DNA from: an uncultured Nitrososphaeria archaeon | GTDB lineage: Archaea; Thermoproteota; Nitrososphaeria_A; Caldarchaeales; Wolframiiraptoraceae | DNA length: 64,000 bases | Assembly (NCBI GenBank): GCA_964451435.1 | Contig: CAYVHW010000001.1 | Location: 740-64,739, forward strand | Reading direction: 5' to 3' | In this document: piece after piece, positions 18,151 to 28,249 of the stretch | How the letters are laid out: each line of letters opens with the position of its first letter | Position numbering within the stretch: the stretch's first letter is position 1 | Notes under the pieces: model-generated | Seen by the model: the letters and a program-made list of their open reading frames with translations, nothing else | What the model was told of the DNA's origin: nothing | Databases searched by the model: none | Program-made: the position numbers and the translations under genes

Positions 18151-19158
18151 TTAAGGCTTCTCCATGAGAATTATGCTCTCCCTCGCCTCACCGATCTTAA
18201 TCACCCTCCTAGTCGTCGCAACCCTCTTATTAACCGCCACGATCTTCTCGACCTTAAACCCAACTCTCTCGGCGAGATCCGCGATAAGAATATCCGAGTC
18301 GACGACCCTATCTGGAAAGACTCCGCCGGCAACTACCATCGCCACCTTACCACCATTTCGTAAAACCCTAAACATCTCCTCCAAGCATAGCTTGAGGTCG
18401 TGGAAATATGCCTTGGCAACTTCTGGAAGGTTTAGCTCGGGGAATTGGTCAGAGATGTTTTTGGGATTCAACCCGATGAACGATCTAATTGGATCGACGT
18501 GAACGTCTCCGAAGAACAATTCATACTCGATGCGATAAACTTTGGTGTATTCGATCTTGTTTAGGTATGGCGGTGACGTTATTATTGCGTCAAATGAATC
18601 GTCTTCGAGGAACTTAAGCCTCCTCGCATCCCCCAGATAGACCTCGATCTCACATGGCCTAAACCTTATCCTCTTAAGATCCTTGATCATGTTCTTCACA
18701 ACTCTTCTAAAGAATTTTCTAAATGGTGGAACAGGCTTCTTCACAACCCTCAACACCGCCCCATCCTTGTAGGCAAAAGAGACCTTCATCGCGGCATTCA
18801 TCAACGCGAGGGTGAAAAAGTTTCTGATATTGGGATCGTCTATTCTCCTAATCTCCTCCCTGAAGAAGATTATGTCCTCTAGGGAAGGCTTGAGGAAAAA
18901 TCTCTTAACGAATCCGCTAACATCTGAGAGATCATATTTCCTGAACGGACGGGATAGAAGCCAATCCCTAACCCTAATGAGCTCATCTAAATCATAATTA
19001 GCCGTCTTAACTTGAGAGACGAAGACGGCGAGGGGGGCTGCGTCAACACCAACCGCGTCTACTCCGTATTCCTTCGCGGCGAGCAGGGTCGTCCCCGACC
19101 CCACGAATGGATCTAAAATTCTCCACCCATCATCGACTCCGAACTCCTCGAAAGTCAT
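18151..19158 (-). CDS. SAM-dependent N-methyltransferase (N6-adenine/N4-cytosine-type amino-MTase or UPF0020 RNA m2G-like), orphan
   Basis: Motif I (DPFVGSGTT) sits at the N-terminus and motif IV (TSPPY) about 175 aa later, which is the gamma-class order. There is no THUMP domain and no restriction-enzyme gene nearby. Confidence 0.6.
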   Translation of the reverse strand: MTFEEFGVDDGWRILDPFVGSGTTLLAAKEYGVDAVGVDAAPLAVFVSQVKTANYDLDELIRVRDWLLSRPFRKYDLSDVSGFVKRFFLKPSLEDIIFFREEIRRIDDPNIRNFFTLALMNAAMKVSFAYKDGAVLRVVKKPVPPFRKFFRRVVKNMIKDLKRIRFRPCEIEVYLGDARRLKFLEDDSFDAIITSPPYLNKIEYTKVYRIEYELFFGDVHVDPIRSFIGLNPKNISDQFPELNLPEVAKAYFHDLKLCLEEMFRVLRNGGKVAMVVAGGVFPDRVVDSDILIADLAERVGFKVEKIVAVNKRVATTRRVIKIGEARESIILMEKP

Positions 19159-19344
19159 TAAGACGAAGTCTCTTGAGAACCCCTCCTTAAAGAAAAAACC
19201 ATCGATAGACTGGATACTGTTTATTTGGGACGAATGTGACCAATTTTCCCAGATCCCATCTCTCCTCGATCACCATTCCCTAATATCTCATCCATCGCGC
19301 CTCCTAATATCCATCACTATCGACGTTGAGGACATCATAGGCCA

Positions 19345-19800
19345 CTATGGCTCAGCTTTATGCTCAACGATCCTCAAGATTACGGCGGTCTCCGTATGCT
19401 TAACTCCCCGAACCCTCCTAATCTTATCGATGCACTCGTTTAGGCTCGACACGCCTCCGGCGGAGATCATCACCATCGCATCGAATCTGCCCGTGAGTTC
19501 GTAGACGGACTCAACCTCCGGGATCCTAGATATTCTCTCGATCACCTCCTCTGCGAGATCTCCTCGATCAAGGGTTAGGAATGTCACGGCGTTTATCACG
19601 TAATCCTTGCTGAGCTCTATCGTGAACCTCTTAATGACGCCTCTCTCGACCAAGAGCCTGACCCTCCTCCTAACAGCTCCCTCCGAGAGCCCTATCCGCT
19701 TACCAATCTCTATGAAAGACATCCTAGAGTTCCGCTTCAAGAGATCGATTATCCTCAGATCCACATCATCAAGCGCTCTCCGATAGGTTTCCATGGCCAA
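19345..19800 (-). CDS. Lrp/AsnC family transcriptional regulator
   Basis: 151 aa with an N-terminal HTH (LDDVDLRIIDLLKRNSRMSFIEIGKRIGLSEGAVRRRV) and a C-terminal RAM domain. Confidence 0.85.
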   Translation of the reverse strand: MAMETYRRALDDVDLRIIDLLKRNSRMSFIEIGKRIGLSEGAVRRRVRLLVERGVIKRFTIELSKDYVINAVTFLTLDRGDLAEEVIERISRIPEVESVYELTGRFDAMVMISAGGVSSLNECIDKIRRVRGVKHTETAVILRIVEHKAEP

Positions 19801-19976
19801 AACAGATCCATTAATCCCATAAAAACATAGCGTCCATAATCAAGATCTTAGAAGATTCCTCCAGCATTTTCTCTGGAGCTGAAAACCGTGTTTCTCGTCA
19901 ATAGATTAGATGGCTCGCCATAGATCTCAATAAATTATGTACGGATAGTATTTATCCTGCATACCGTGACCTCGAT

Positions 19977-21020
19977 GTGGAATTGGATCTAACCAACATG
20001 GTGATCGTCATAGGATACCTGTTATCCTTCTTGATGGCCATAGCGCTGGGAGGAAACGATGCGGCCACTCCCTGCGACACCTCGGTCGGCGCGAGGGTTA
20101 TATCGGTTAGGAGGGCGGTATTGCTCTTCGCGGTCTTCACGAGCGTCGGAGCATTGACTCAAGGATATATGGTGATGAAGACCATTGGGAGGGGAATAGT
20201 TCCAGCGATAGATCTTCTAGGGGTTTTGGTGACGATCTCCGTCGCCTTCAGCTGGATAATGTTCTGCAACTACTTTGGGCTTGAGATATCTGTGACCCAC
20301 TCAATAATAGGAGCTGTCATCGGATATGGTTTTGCATCGTATGGGTTGAGTGGGATTAATTGGGGACTCGTGGAGAAGGTGATCATAAGCTGGATCTCAT
20401 CACCCTTCCTCGCCATGATCCTAGCATACCTGTTCTACAAGCTGATAATTCACGCATTTAAGGAGAATAATTCTATAGCGTCAAGGGTTATGCCAACCCT
20501 GCTGATAATGTCGCTATGCTACTCAGCATACGCATTCGGGACAAACGATATAGCAAATTCCACAGGGGTCTACGTGACGGTCAGCGAGATAATCTTCGGC
20601 GGAGCTCCAGAATCCAACGTCATGTTCATCCTAGCGATAATTGGATGCGTCGGGGTGGCCATCGGAGGACTCGTCCTAGGAGCTAGGGTGATCGGAACCG
20701 TCGCCTTCAAGATAACCAAACTCGACCCGATATCAGGCTTCGCCGCAGAGCTCTCAAATGCTCTCGTAGTCCACATGTTCACGACGATACCATACTTTTT
20801 ATTCGGATATGGGATACCGGTCTCCACATCATTGGCCGGCGTGGGATCGGTGATAGGAGTCGGCCTCGCCATGTATAGATCTGCTGGAATAAATAAGAGA
20901 ACTATAATGAGGCTGTTTACGGCGTGGGTTGCCTCCGTAGTCGCGACGGCGTTAGCGAGCTATATCCTCTACTCAATAATCTTCCCGATAACTGGGCCAA
21001 TACTTAAACCAAAACCTTAA
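19977..21020 (+). CDS. inorganic phosphate (or sulfate) transporter, PiT family
   Basis: Duplicated GGNDAAT / GTNDIANS PiT signature motifs in a multi-TM protein. Confidence 0.85.
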   Translation: MELDLTNMVIVIGYLLSFLMAIALGGNDAATPCDTSVGARVISVRRAVLLFAVFTSVGALTQGYMVMKTIGRGIVPAIDLLGVLVTISVAFSWIMFCNYFGLEISVTHSIIGAVIGYGFASYGLSGINWGLVEKVIISWISSPFLAMILAYLFYKLIIHAFKENNSIASRVMPTLLIMSLCYSAYAFGTNDIANSTGVYVTVSEIIFGGAPESNVMFILAIIGCVGVAIGGLVLGARVIGTVAFKITKLDPISGFAAELSNALVVHMFTTIPYFLFGYGIPVSTSLAGVGSVIGVGLAMYRSAGINKRTIMRLFTAWVASVVATALASYILYSIIFPITGPILKPKP

Positions 21021-21074
21021 TTATGTCTCACAATATGTCACAGCTGGGTGGTTTAGCTGTTTAAGGGGCATCCT

Positions 21075-21737
21075 ATGATTTGGATAGGGAGAAGGAAAGA
21101 GCGTGAGGTCTTAAAACTCTCAAAGAGACATTTTGAGAAGGTGTTGGAGCTCGCAAAGTCATTTAGACAATATGTGACCTTATATGCTGATTGTAGGATG
21201 GATGAGGCATCACGACTATATGAGAACTCGATATTCCAGCTAGAGAGGCAGGCTGACGACCAGAAAGAGAAGATCCTCTTAGAGGTCTCTAAGGGACCCT
21301 TCCACCCAATCGATAGGGAAGACGTTATCCGACTGGTCTTAACGATGGATGATATAGCGGCGAATCTGAAGTCGGCTGCGAGAAAACTGCTCTACACAGA
21401 TCCATGCGATGCTCCCAACGATATTAGAAACGACCTCCTCAGGCTCACAGACCTTTTAGTCGAGCTCGTCTTAAAGCTTGGAGAAGCCTTAGACGCCCTG
21501 ATAAGCGGTTCAAAGGAGGTGTTAAGGCTCGCCGACGCGGTTGAGCGCAAGGAGGAGGAGATAGATGAATTTAGACATGGCCTGATAGCTAGGATCTTGA
21601 CCTGGGGAGACTTCGCCAAAAAGCTCAGCAATGTGCTCATGTTGAAAGAGGTCGCCGAGAACATCGAGAATGCATCGGATAAGGGTGAAGATGTCGCAGA
21701 CCTCATCAGGACTATAGCGATAGCAGGCTCCCTATAG
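21075..21737 (+). CDS. PhoU-like/DUF47 (TIGR00153) accessory protein of PiT transporters
   Basis: 220 aa, all-helical, and paired with the PiT gene in the conserved arrangement. Confidence 0.6.
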   Translation: MIWIGRRKEREVLKLSKRHFEKVLELAKSFRQYVTLYADCRMDEASRLYENSIFQLERQADDQKEKILLEVSKGPFHPIDREDVIRLVLTMDDIAANLKSAARKLLYTDPCDAPNDIRNDLLRLTDLLVELVLKLGEALDALISGSKEVLRLADAVERKEEEIDEFRHGLIARILTWGDFAKKLSNVLMLKEVAENIENASDKGEDVADLIRTIAIAGSL

Positions 21738-21775
21738 CGAGCTCGCCCAAAGCACGTCAATATAGGTTAAATGAG

Positions 21776-21860
21776 CGCGGCGGGAGGGATTTGAACCCTC
21801 GAGGCCCAATGGGCCACAGGCTCTCCAGGCCTGCCCCCTACCAGGCTAGGGTACCGCCGC
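21776..21860 (-). tRNA. tRNA-Ser (anticodon GGA), class II with long variable arm
   Basis: Folded by hand from the minus strand, GCGGCGG-TA-CCCT-AGCCTGGT-AGGG-G-G-CAGGC-CTGGAGA-GCCTG-T-GGCCCATTGGGCC-TC-GAGGG-TTCAAAT-CCCTC-CCGCCGC-G. It has a 7-bp acceptor stem, a T-loop TTCAAAT, and the anticodon loop CU-GGA-GA. No intron is evident. Confidence 0.85.
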
Positions 21861-21979
21861 TCACTGCATTGACTTCATGAGAGTTTTCTGTGTTCCCTCA
21901 ATTAAAGATTATCTGGAGATGGGGCCGTGGCTGATGTTTAGTTAAGGTTTAAGAAATTGACCATGGACATTATCTAGGT

Positions 21980-22819
21980 ATGTCCGCAAGGGAGCCCAAA
22001 TCTGGAGAGGAGTTCTATCATGTTAGGGTTAAGCCCGGAGATATATCCGGATACGTCCTATTGCCGGGAGATCCTGGAAGGGTTCCGATAATAGCTGAAC
22101 TCTGGGATGAGGGATGGGAGGTCTCCTTCCACCGAGAGTTTAGGGTCTGGTCTGGGAAGATAGATGAAAAGCCTATCTCAGCCTGCTCAACCGGAATCGG
22201 CTGTCCCTCAACCGCGATAGCGATCGAGGAACTCGCTAGGGCGGGAGCGCATACGTTTATTAGGGTTGGGAGCACGGGCGCGATACAGCCTGAGATAGAG
22301 CTGGGGGATCTGATAATCTCCGTTGCGGCGATGAAGCTTGAGGGAACCAGCCTCCAATATGCTCCATCAACCTATCCAGCACACGCGGATTACGAGGTAG
22401 TCTTGGCCTTAATCGAGGCGGCAGAATCCCTAAACCTAAGATATCATCTGGGCGTGACCGCCTCAACCGATAGCTTCTACCTAGGTCAAAGTAGGCCGGG
22501 CTTCAGGGGATATGAATGGAGTTATTCAAAGCATCTGTTGGATGATTTGAGGGCTATGGGAATCCTAAACTTCGAGATGGAGACATCCACCCTCTTCACC
22601 CTCGCATCCATCTACAAGCTTAGAGCAGGCTCAGTCTGCGCAGTCTTCGCGAACCGAGTCAAGGACACCTTCAAGGTGGTTGGGGAGAGAGAGGCCGCGA
22701 AGACCGCGGTTGAGGCCGTGAAGATTCTTCAAGAGTGGGATGAGCTCAAGGAGAGAAGGAGGAAGAAGAGAATCTACCCAACCCTTCTCAAGGAGTGGTT
22801 GCAGAGCAGGAGAAAATAA
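21980..22819 (+). CDS. nucleoside phosphorylase, PNP/UDP family 1 (uridine/purine nucleoside phosphorylase-like)
   Basis: 279 aa with a PNP_UDP_1-like core (GDPGRV...STGIGCPS...EMETS). Confidence 0.7.
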   Translation: MSAREPKSGEEFYHVRVKPGDISGYVLLPGDPGRVPIIAELWDEGWEVSFHREFRVWSGKIDEKPISACSTGIGCPSTAIAIEELARAGAHTFIRVGSTGAIQPEIELGDLIISVAAMKLEGTSLQYAPSTYPAHADYEVVLALIEAAESLNLRYHLGVTASTDSFYLGQSRPGFRGYEWSYSKHLLDDLRAMGILNFEMETSTLFTLASIYKLRAGSVCAVFANRVKDTFKVVGEREAAKTAVEAVKILQEWDELKERRRKKRIYPTLLKEWLQSRRK

Positions 22820-22888
22820 GCTTAATTAGTAAGGTTCATTAGACTAGATCCGTGAGGAGTTGATGAAGTCGATCGGAGGTAGGCTTGA

Positions 22889-24523
22889 ATGAGCGTTGTG
22901 AAGAATGCGCTTAAAGTATTTGGTGGGAAGAGTGATGAGAAGGAGTTCAGAGGGTTTAGGAAGATGAGAGGACCTCCACCCAAGAAGGGGGAGATCTTGG
23001 TCAAGGCGGAGAACGTCGTCAAGGGATTCCCGGGTATCTGGGAGCATCTAATACTCGATCACATAAACTTCGATGTTAGGGCTGGAGAGGTTCACGCGCT
23101 TCTAGGAGAGAATGGGGCTGGGAAGACCGTCCTCGCAAACATCCTCTCAGGCTTCTACGTCATAACATCCGGTCAAATCTATGTTAGGGGCAAGCCCGTC
23201 AAGTTCAGCTCTCCTAGAGACGCGTTGGAACATGGGATAGCCATGGTCCACCAAGAATTCACCCTAGTCCCAACCCTAACCGTGGCTGAAAACATCGCAT
23301 TAGGTCTAAAGGAATATGGTTCACTGAGCTTCCCACTCAAGGAGATTGAGAGAAGGCTTGCGGAGCTCTCAGAGCGCTATGGTCTCAAGGTCGATCCAAA
23401 GGCCAGGGTTGAGGACCTATCCGCTGGAGAAAAGCAGAGAGCCGAGATTATGAAGGTATTGTATTGGGAGCCAGATGTATTGATCTTGGACGAGCCGACA
23501 TCCATGCTAACCCCACATGAGGTCGATGAGTTATTCAAGGTCTTGAGGGGTATGGCGGCTGAGAATAAGGGAGTAGTCTTCATAACCCATAGGATCGAGG
23601 AGGTGATGAAGGTCGCAGATCGAGTAACCGTCCTAAGGCTTGGAAAGTTCATGGGAACAAAGCCCATCCAAGAGACGACCAAGGAGGAGCTGCTGAGATT
23701 AATGATAGGAGAGGTTGAGCCTTTCAGACCCGTTAGAAAACCCGTGAAAAGCGAGAGACCTGTGCTGGAGGTGAGAGATCTTCACGTAATTGGGAGGGAG
23801 GGAGTCGAGGCCGTTAGAGGCGTAACATTCACGGTCAGGGAGGGAGAGATATTCGGGATAGCGGGGGTTGCTGGGAACGGACAGAGAGAGCTCGTCGAGG
23901 CATTAACCGGATTGAGGAAGGTGAAGAGCGGTAAAATAATAGTCATGGGCAAGGATGTGACGAACAAGTCTCCGAGGGAGTTGGCCAAGCTCGGCGTCAG
24001 ACACATACCAGAGGATAGGAGGGGGGTTGGCGTGGCCGAACCCATGACATTTGGAGAGAATATAATGATGAGAGATTATTGTTCGCCGCCATTCTCAAAG
24101 AACGGCATAATAGACTACGATTTCGTTACGAGGCACGCGAAAGAACTCATCAAGAAGTTTGAGATACTCACCCCCGACATCTGGGATACAGAGGTGAGGA
24201 TATTATCAGGTGGAAACATCCAGAGACTCATACTCGCGAGAGAGCTATGGGTCGAGCCAAAGCTCTTGATAGCCTTCCACCCAACCTACGGATTAGACAT
24301 GAAGGCGTTGACCCACACACATAAACTCTTCATGAGGCTTAGGGAGAAGGGATCCGCCATCCTCTTAGTCTCCGAGGACCTAGAGGAGGTAATGTCCTTA
24401 AGCGATAGAATAGCCGTGATGTTCAGAGGCAAGTTCATGGGCGTGGTCGACGCATCTAAGGCGACCGTTGAGGAGATAGGGATGATGATGGCTGGAATGA
24501 AGCCTAAAGGAGTCTCAGCTTAA
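22889..24523 (+). CDS. nucleoside/sugar-type ABC transporter ATP-binding protein with two fused NBDs
   Basis: 544 aa. NBD1 has GENGAGKT / LSAGEKQR; NBD2 has a degenerate Walker A (GVAGNGQ), which is typical of BMP/ribose-type ABC ATPases. A GGAGG motif lies 8 nt upstream. Confidence 0.8.
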   Translation: MSVVKNALKVFGGKSDEKEFRGFRKMRGPPPKKGEILVKAENVVKGFPGIWEHLILDHINFDVRAGEVHALLGENGAGKTVLANILSGFYVITSGQIYVRGKPVKFSSPRDALEHGIAMVHQEFTLVPTLTVAENIALGLKEYGSLSFPLKEIERRLAELSERYGLKVDPKARVEDLSAGEKQRAEIMKVLYWEPDVLILDEPTSMLTPHEVDELFKVLRGMAAENKGVVFITHRIEEVMKVADRVTVLRLGKFMGTKPIQETTKEELLRLMIGEVEPFRPVRKPVKSERPVLEVRDLHVIGREGVEAVRGVTFTVREGEIFGIAGVAGNGQRELVEALTGLRKVKSGKIIVMGKDVTNKSPRELAKLGVRHIPEDRRGVGVAEPMTFGENIMMRDYCSPPFSKNGIIDYDFVTRHAKELIKKFEILTPDIWDTEVRILSGGNIQRLILARELWVEPKLLIAFHPTYGLDMKALTHTHKLFMRLREKGSAILLVSEDLEEVMSLSDRIAVMFRGKFMGVVDASKATVEEIGMMMAGMKPKGVSA

Positions 24524-24581
24524 TGCTCCTCATCCAAATATAGTCGCAAAGAATTTATATCAGAAGCATAATAGAATACCT

Positions 24582-26000
24582 GTGAATCGTATGAGGCGAA
24601 ATACTAGTGCAATCACCAAAACAGCAGCCATTATCATCGCCGTTATAATCATCGTGGCGGGAGTCGGCGGATTCCTATACTGGTGGACGAGGCTTGGTCC
24701 AGCCGCTCCAAGGAAGATTAAGATCGCCGTCGTATCGGACATAGGAGGCAGAGGAGATCTATCGTTCAACGATATGGCGTTTAAAGGCGGAGAAGAGGCT
24801 GAGAAAGACTTCGGCGTAGAGATGATTGAATTGATAAGCAAGACTGAAGCGGACTATGTTCCAAACCTCGAGACGGCTGCGAAAGATCCTGATGTAAAGT
24901 TAATCGTCGGAGTTGGATTCCTATTAAGCGATGCACTCGTTAAGGTTGCGATGAAGTATCCTGATAAGAACTTCGCTGGAATAGACACCTATTCCCAATC
25001 AATAGTTAAGGACAAGTATCCAGACAAGTATCCCTTGCCAAACCTGATGGACATAACCTTCGAGGAACATAAGGGAAGCGCATTGGTGGGCGCAATCGGA
25101 TGCCTTCTAGCAGCATACTATAACGAGAAGGGCGGAAACTATCCATATATTGGAGGAGTATTCGGGATAGAGATACCGGTTCTATGGAAATTCGAGATAG
25201 GATATAAGTGGGGATGCGACTGGGCGCTAAAGTGGTATGAGAAGAAATTTGGACATAAGGCTCCGATAATCGGAGAAGACTCAAGATATGGATCCGGACC
25301 GAATTGGAAGGATGGAATGTATTGTCCATCGGAGACCCCTGGAGAATGCTGGTATAAGGGTAGAGTCCTATGGACCTATACAGGAACCTTCAGCGACATA
25401 ACCAAGGGATATGAGGCCGCCAAGCCCATGTATGCTAAGGGAGCTATCGCCGTCTACAACATAGCTGGGCCACTGGGGCTTGGAATAAACCGCGCTGTTA
25501 AGGAGATCGCCGAGGCCAAGGGATTGAAGATGGGTCCACCGTTCTGGATTGGAGTAGACGCTGACCAAGACTGGATTAATCCTGGATTCGTCATTGTTAG
25601 CATGGTTAAGAGAGTTGATCGAGGAGTCTACTATGCGACGAAGCTGACCGTGGAAGGGAAGTTCAGGGAGGTCGTGAAGGAGTATAATGGAGTCATGACC
25701 TTAGGAATTGGAACGAAGATCCTCGGAACATTAATGGAAGGAATCTCCGCGAGCACCCTTAAGGACTTAGACGAGTTCGTTGAGATGGGAGTTAGAGCCG
25801 AGAAGCTAACCGGAAAGAAGGTCTTGCCGATGCCTCCGGATCAGATAAAGGAGACCGTTAAGAAGATGCGTGAATCGGTCGCGCCATGGATCTGGGAGGC
25901 CGCGAAGGAGCTTGAGGACAAGATAAGGAATGGTGAAGTAGAGGTTCCATGCGTCTTCACAAAGGAGAAGATAGATTATTGGAGGAACATCCTTGGCTAA
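24582..26000 (+). CDS. BMP family (PnrA/Med-like) nucleoside-binding lipoprotein/SBP, N-terminally TM-anchored
   Basis: 472 aa with an N-terminal TM helix and a BMP signature (IAVVSDIGGRGDLSFNDMAFKG). Confidence 0.75.
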   Translation: MNRMRRNTSAITKTAAIIIAVIIIVAGVGGFLYWWTRLGPAAPRKIKIAVVSDIGGRGDLSFNDMAFKGGEEAEKDFGVEMIELISKTEADYVPNLETAAKDPDVKLIVGVGFLLSDALVKVAMKYPDKNFAGIDTYSQSIVKDKYPDKYPLPNLMDITFEEHKGSALVGAIGCLLAAYYNEKGGNYPYIGGVFGIEIPVLWKFEIGYKWGCDWALKWYEKKFGHKAPIIGEDSRYGSGPNWKDGMYCPSETPGECWYKGRVLWTYTGTFSDITKGYEAAKPMYAKGAIAVYNIAGPLGLGINRAVKEIAEAKGLKMGPPFWIGVDADQDWINPGFVIVSMVKRVDRGVYYATKLTVEGKFREVVKEYNGVMTLGIGTKILGTLMEGISASTLKDLDEFVEMGVRAEKLTGKKVLPMPPDQIKETVKKMRESVAPWIWEAAKELEDKIRNGEVEVPCVFTKEKIDYWRNILG

Positions 26001-26065
26001 AAACATCCCTTTATCTTTTTTATCCAACCAATTCCAAATATACTTAAATTAACTGAGGTGAGAAG

Positions 26066-27118
26066 TTGGCCTCAGCCGCCATTCAAAAGTTTAAACGACC
26101 TTTACTCGAATCTCTACTCGCGATAATCGTGGGCTTCATCGTCGGCGCAATCGTGATGGCCATGTTCGGCTACGATCCAATCGCCGCATACTCGGCACTC
26201 CTCGTCGGATCAATTGGATCACTTGATGGGATATGTGAAAGCTTGGCTAACGCCACGCCACTGATGCTCACTGGATTAACCTTCGCCATCGGAATGAAGT
26301 CCGGATACTTTAACGTAGGCGCTGAAGGACAAGCGTATCTCGGCGCAATAGGAGCGATTATGATTGGAAGCGTAATACATCTGCCATATGGAATCCATCT
26401 AGCAGCAGCGACGCTCTTCGCCATGTTCATGGGGGCAATATGGTCTCTACCGGTTTCGGCGTTAAAGGCTTGGAGAGGAGTTCACGAAGTAGTATCGACG
26501 ATAATGTTGAACTGGATAGCATTATTCTTCGTCAGATACTTGATAGAATATCACTACTATGAGCCTGGAAGAGCTGAGAGAGCTATGCCCGTCTTGCCAA
26601 CCGCTCGCTACCAAGTTTTGGGAGCATCCCTAACGACCGTGATCTTCGTGGCAGTGGCTTTCATGTTCTTCGCATACTTCCTCTTATGGAGGACCACCCT
26701 AGGATATGAGCTTAGATTAACTGGAAGCAATCCGGAAGCCGCGAGATACATCGGAATAAACTCGACGAGAGTAATATTCCTAAACTTCTTCCTTGGAGGA
26801 TTGGCGGCGGGATTAGCTGGGGCAACACAGGTTTTAGGAAGACCTCCTTCATGGACCATTTACAAAACTCTTGGAAACGTCATAAATTTGGGATTCGATG
26901 GAATAGGAGCAGCTCTAATAGGTAGAAATCACCCCGTGGGAATAATATTTGCCTCGATATTCCTCGGAATGTTATCATATGGAGCGAGGTTCATGATGTA
27001 TCTCGGAGTGGATCCAGATCTAACTAGGGCGATAAACGGGGTCATAATCATAGCCCTATCCCTACCAGAACTCTATAGAATTATTAGGAGGTTCATAGTT
27101 GGGAGGGAAGCTGAATGA
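26066..27118 (+). CDS. ABC permease (BPD_transp_2, nucleoside/BMP-system)
   Basis: 350 aa, multi-TM, downstream of the BMP SBP. Confidence 0.75.
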   Translation: MASAAIQKFKRPLLESLLAIIVGFIVGAIVMAMFGYDPIAAYSALLVGSIGSLDGICESLANATPLMLTGLTFAIGMKSGYFNVGAEGQAYLGAIGAIMIGSVIHLPYGIHLAAATLFAMFMGAIWSLPVSALKAWRGVHEVVSTIMLNWIALFFVRYLIEYHYYEPGRAERAMPVLPTARYQVLGASLTTVIFVAVAFMFFAYFLLWRTTLGYELRLTGSNPEAARYIGINSTRVIFLNFFLGGLAAGLAGATQVLGRPPSWTIYKTLGNVINLGFDGIGAALIGRNHPVGIIFASIFLGMLSYGARFMMYLGVDPDLTRAINGVIIIALSLPELYRIIRRFIVGREAE

Positions 27119-28107
27119 AGATTCCGAAAAAGCTTAGCTGGTTCATAATAGGAGTCGCGGCCCTAATAGGAATCCTCTTCTCTCTAAGCATGGTTGGAAT
27201 AGAGCCGAAAGACTTACTCGAGACAACGTTCATGGCGATGACTCCCCTAATCCTAGCCGCCGTGGGTGAATGCCTGGATGAGAAGGCTGGAGTGGTTAAC
27301 ATAGGACTTGAGGGAATCTTCCTAATCACGGCGGTGACAGGCGTATATTGGGCGGAGATAATTGGAGACGGTGTAGGCGGATTGATAATCGGCGGAGCTA
27401 TCTTGGGAGGACTCATAGGATTATTATTCGGGATCATAAGCACCTATGGTAAAGCAGCTCAGGTAGTCGCGGGAATGGGTCTAAATGTCTTCGGCTTAGG
27501 ATTCGTCCCATTCCTTATGGTCGCTTTATGGGCATTTCCAGGAATCCATATGTTCGATCCAAAGCTCGTCATAAGAACCATAGACATACCGGTTGGAGGA
27601 GAGATCTTCAGGCTAAGCCCCATAACGGTCTTCGCGATAATAGTGGTGATAGTCGTCGATATAATCCTCTACCACACGCTTCTAGGTCTTAGGATCCAAG
27701 CAGCTGGAGAGAAGCCGGAGGCCATAGACGTGGCTGGCGTGAACGTTAATCACATCAGGATCTTGGCCAGTACCGTCTGCGGAGCTTTAACCGGTATTGG
27801 AGGAGCGTTCATGCCCTTAGGGTGGTTCGGCGGATTGGTCAAGGAGATAACGGCTGGAAGGGGATTCATAGCTTTGGCGGCGGTCGTCTTCTCAGGTCTA
27901 GACCCCATCCTGGCGGCAGTCTCATCATTCATCTTCGGATTCTCCGAGGGATTAGCCTTCACCGTCATGATAACCCCCGGGGTTAAGGAGGTCGTCCCAC
28001 ACTACTTCATCAAGATGATACCATATATCGCGACCATAGTCGCCCTAGCCATCGTAGGCTCCAAGAGATTTCCAAAGGCACTCGCCAAGCCATACATCCG
28101 AGAATAA
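27115..28107 (+). CDS. ABC permease (BPD_transp_2, second subunit)
   Basis: 330 aa, multi-TM, with a 4-nt overlap with the previous permease. Confidence 0.75.
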   Translation: MKIPKKLSWFIIGVAALIGILFSLSMVGIEPKDLLETTFMAMTPLILAAVGECLDEKAGVVNIGLEGIFLITAVTGVYWAEIIGDGVGGLIIGGAILGGLIGLLFGIISTYGKAAQVVAGMGLNVFGLGFVPFLMVALWAFPGIHMFDPKLVIRTIDIPVGGEIFRLSPITVFAIIVVIVVDIILYHTLLGLRIQAAGEKPEAIDVAGVNVNHIRILASTVCGALTGIGGAFMPLGWFGGLVKEITAGRGFIALAAVVFSGLDPILAAVSSFIFGFSEGLAFTVMITPGVKEVVPHYFIKMIPYIATIVALAIVGSKRFPKALAKPYIRE

Positions 28108-28175
28108 CCTCGATTTTTCCAAAACATCTCCTTCCATCGATTTAGAATCCTTCTACGAGTTTAGAACTTGGAAAA

Positions 28176-28185
28176 CCTTATAAGG
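28176..28185 (+). promoter_or_regulatory. candidate BRE/TATA element (GAAAACC-TTATAA-GG) about 70 nt upstream of glmS
   Basis: Read directly from the sequence. It lies in a 140-nt AT-richer intergenic region. Confidence 0.3.
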
Positions 28186-28249
28186 GCTTTAACTCTCTAG
28201 AAGAAAGTGAGATTAACATTAACCACCATCTCGGATTGGATGTGATAAA

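Noticed and set aside
19857-19880. Short inverted repeat CTCCAG-N7-CTGGAG in the Lrp/PiT divergent intergenic region
   Set aside because: Only a 6-bp stem, which is common by chance. It is kept in mind as a possible Lrp operator but not reported as a feature.
22858-22888. UGAUGA (C-box-like) upstream of the ABC ATPase gene
   Set aside because: No D box (CUGA) or guide architecture within 60 nt. Probably just part of the RBS region (GGAGGT).
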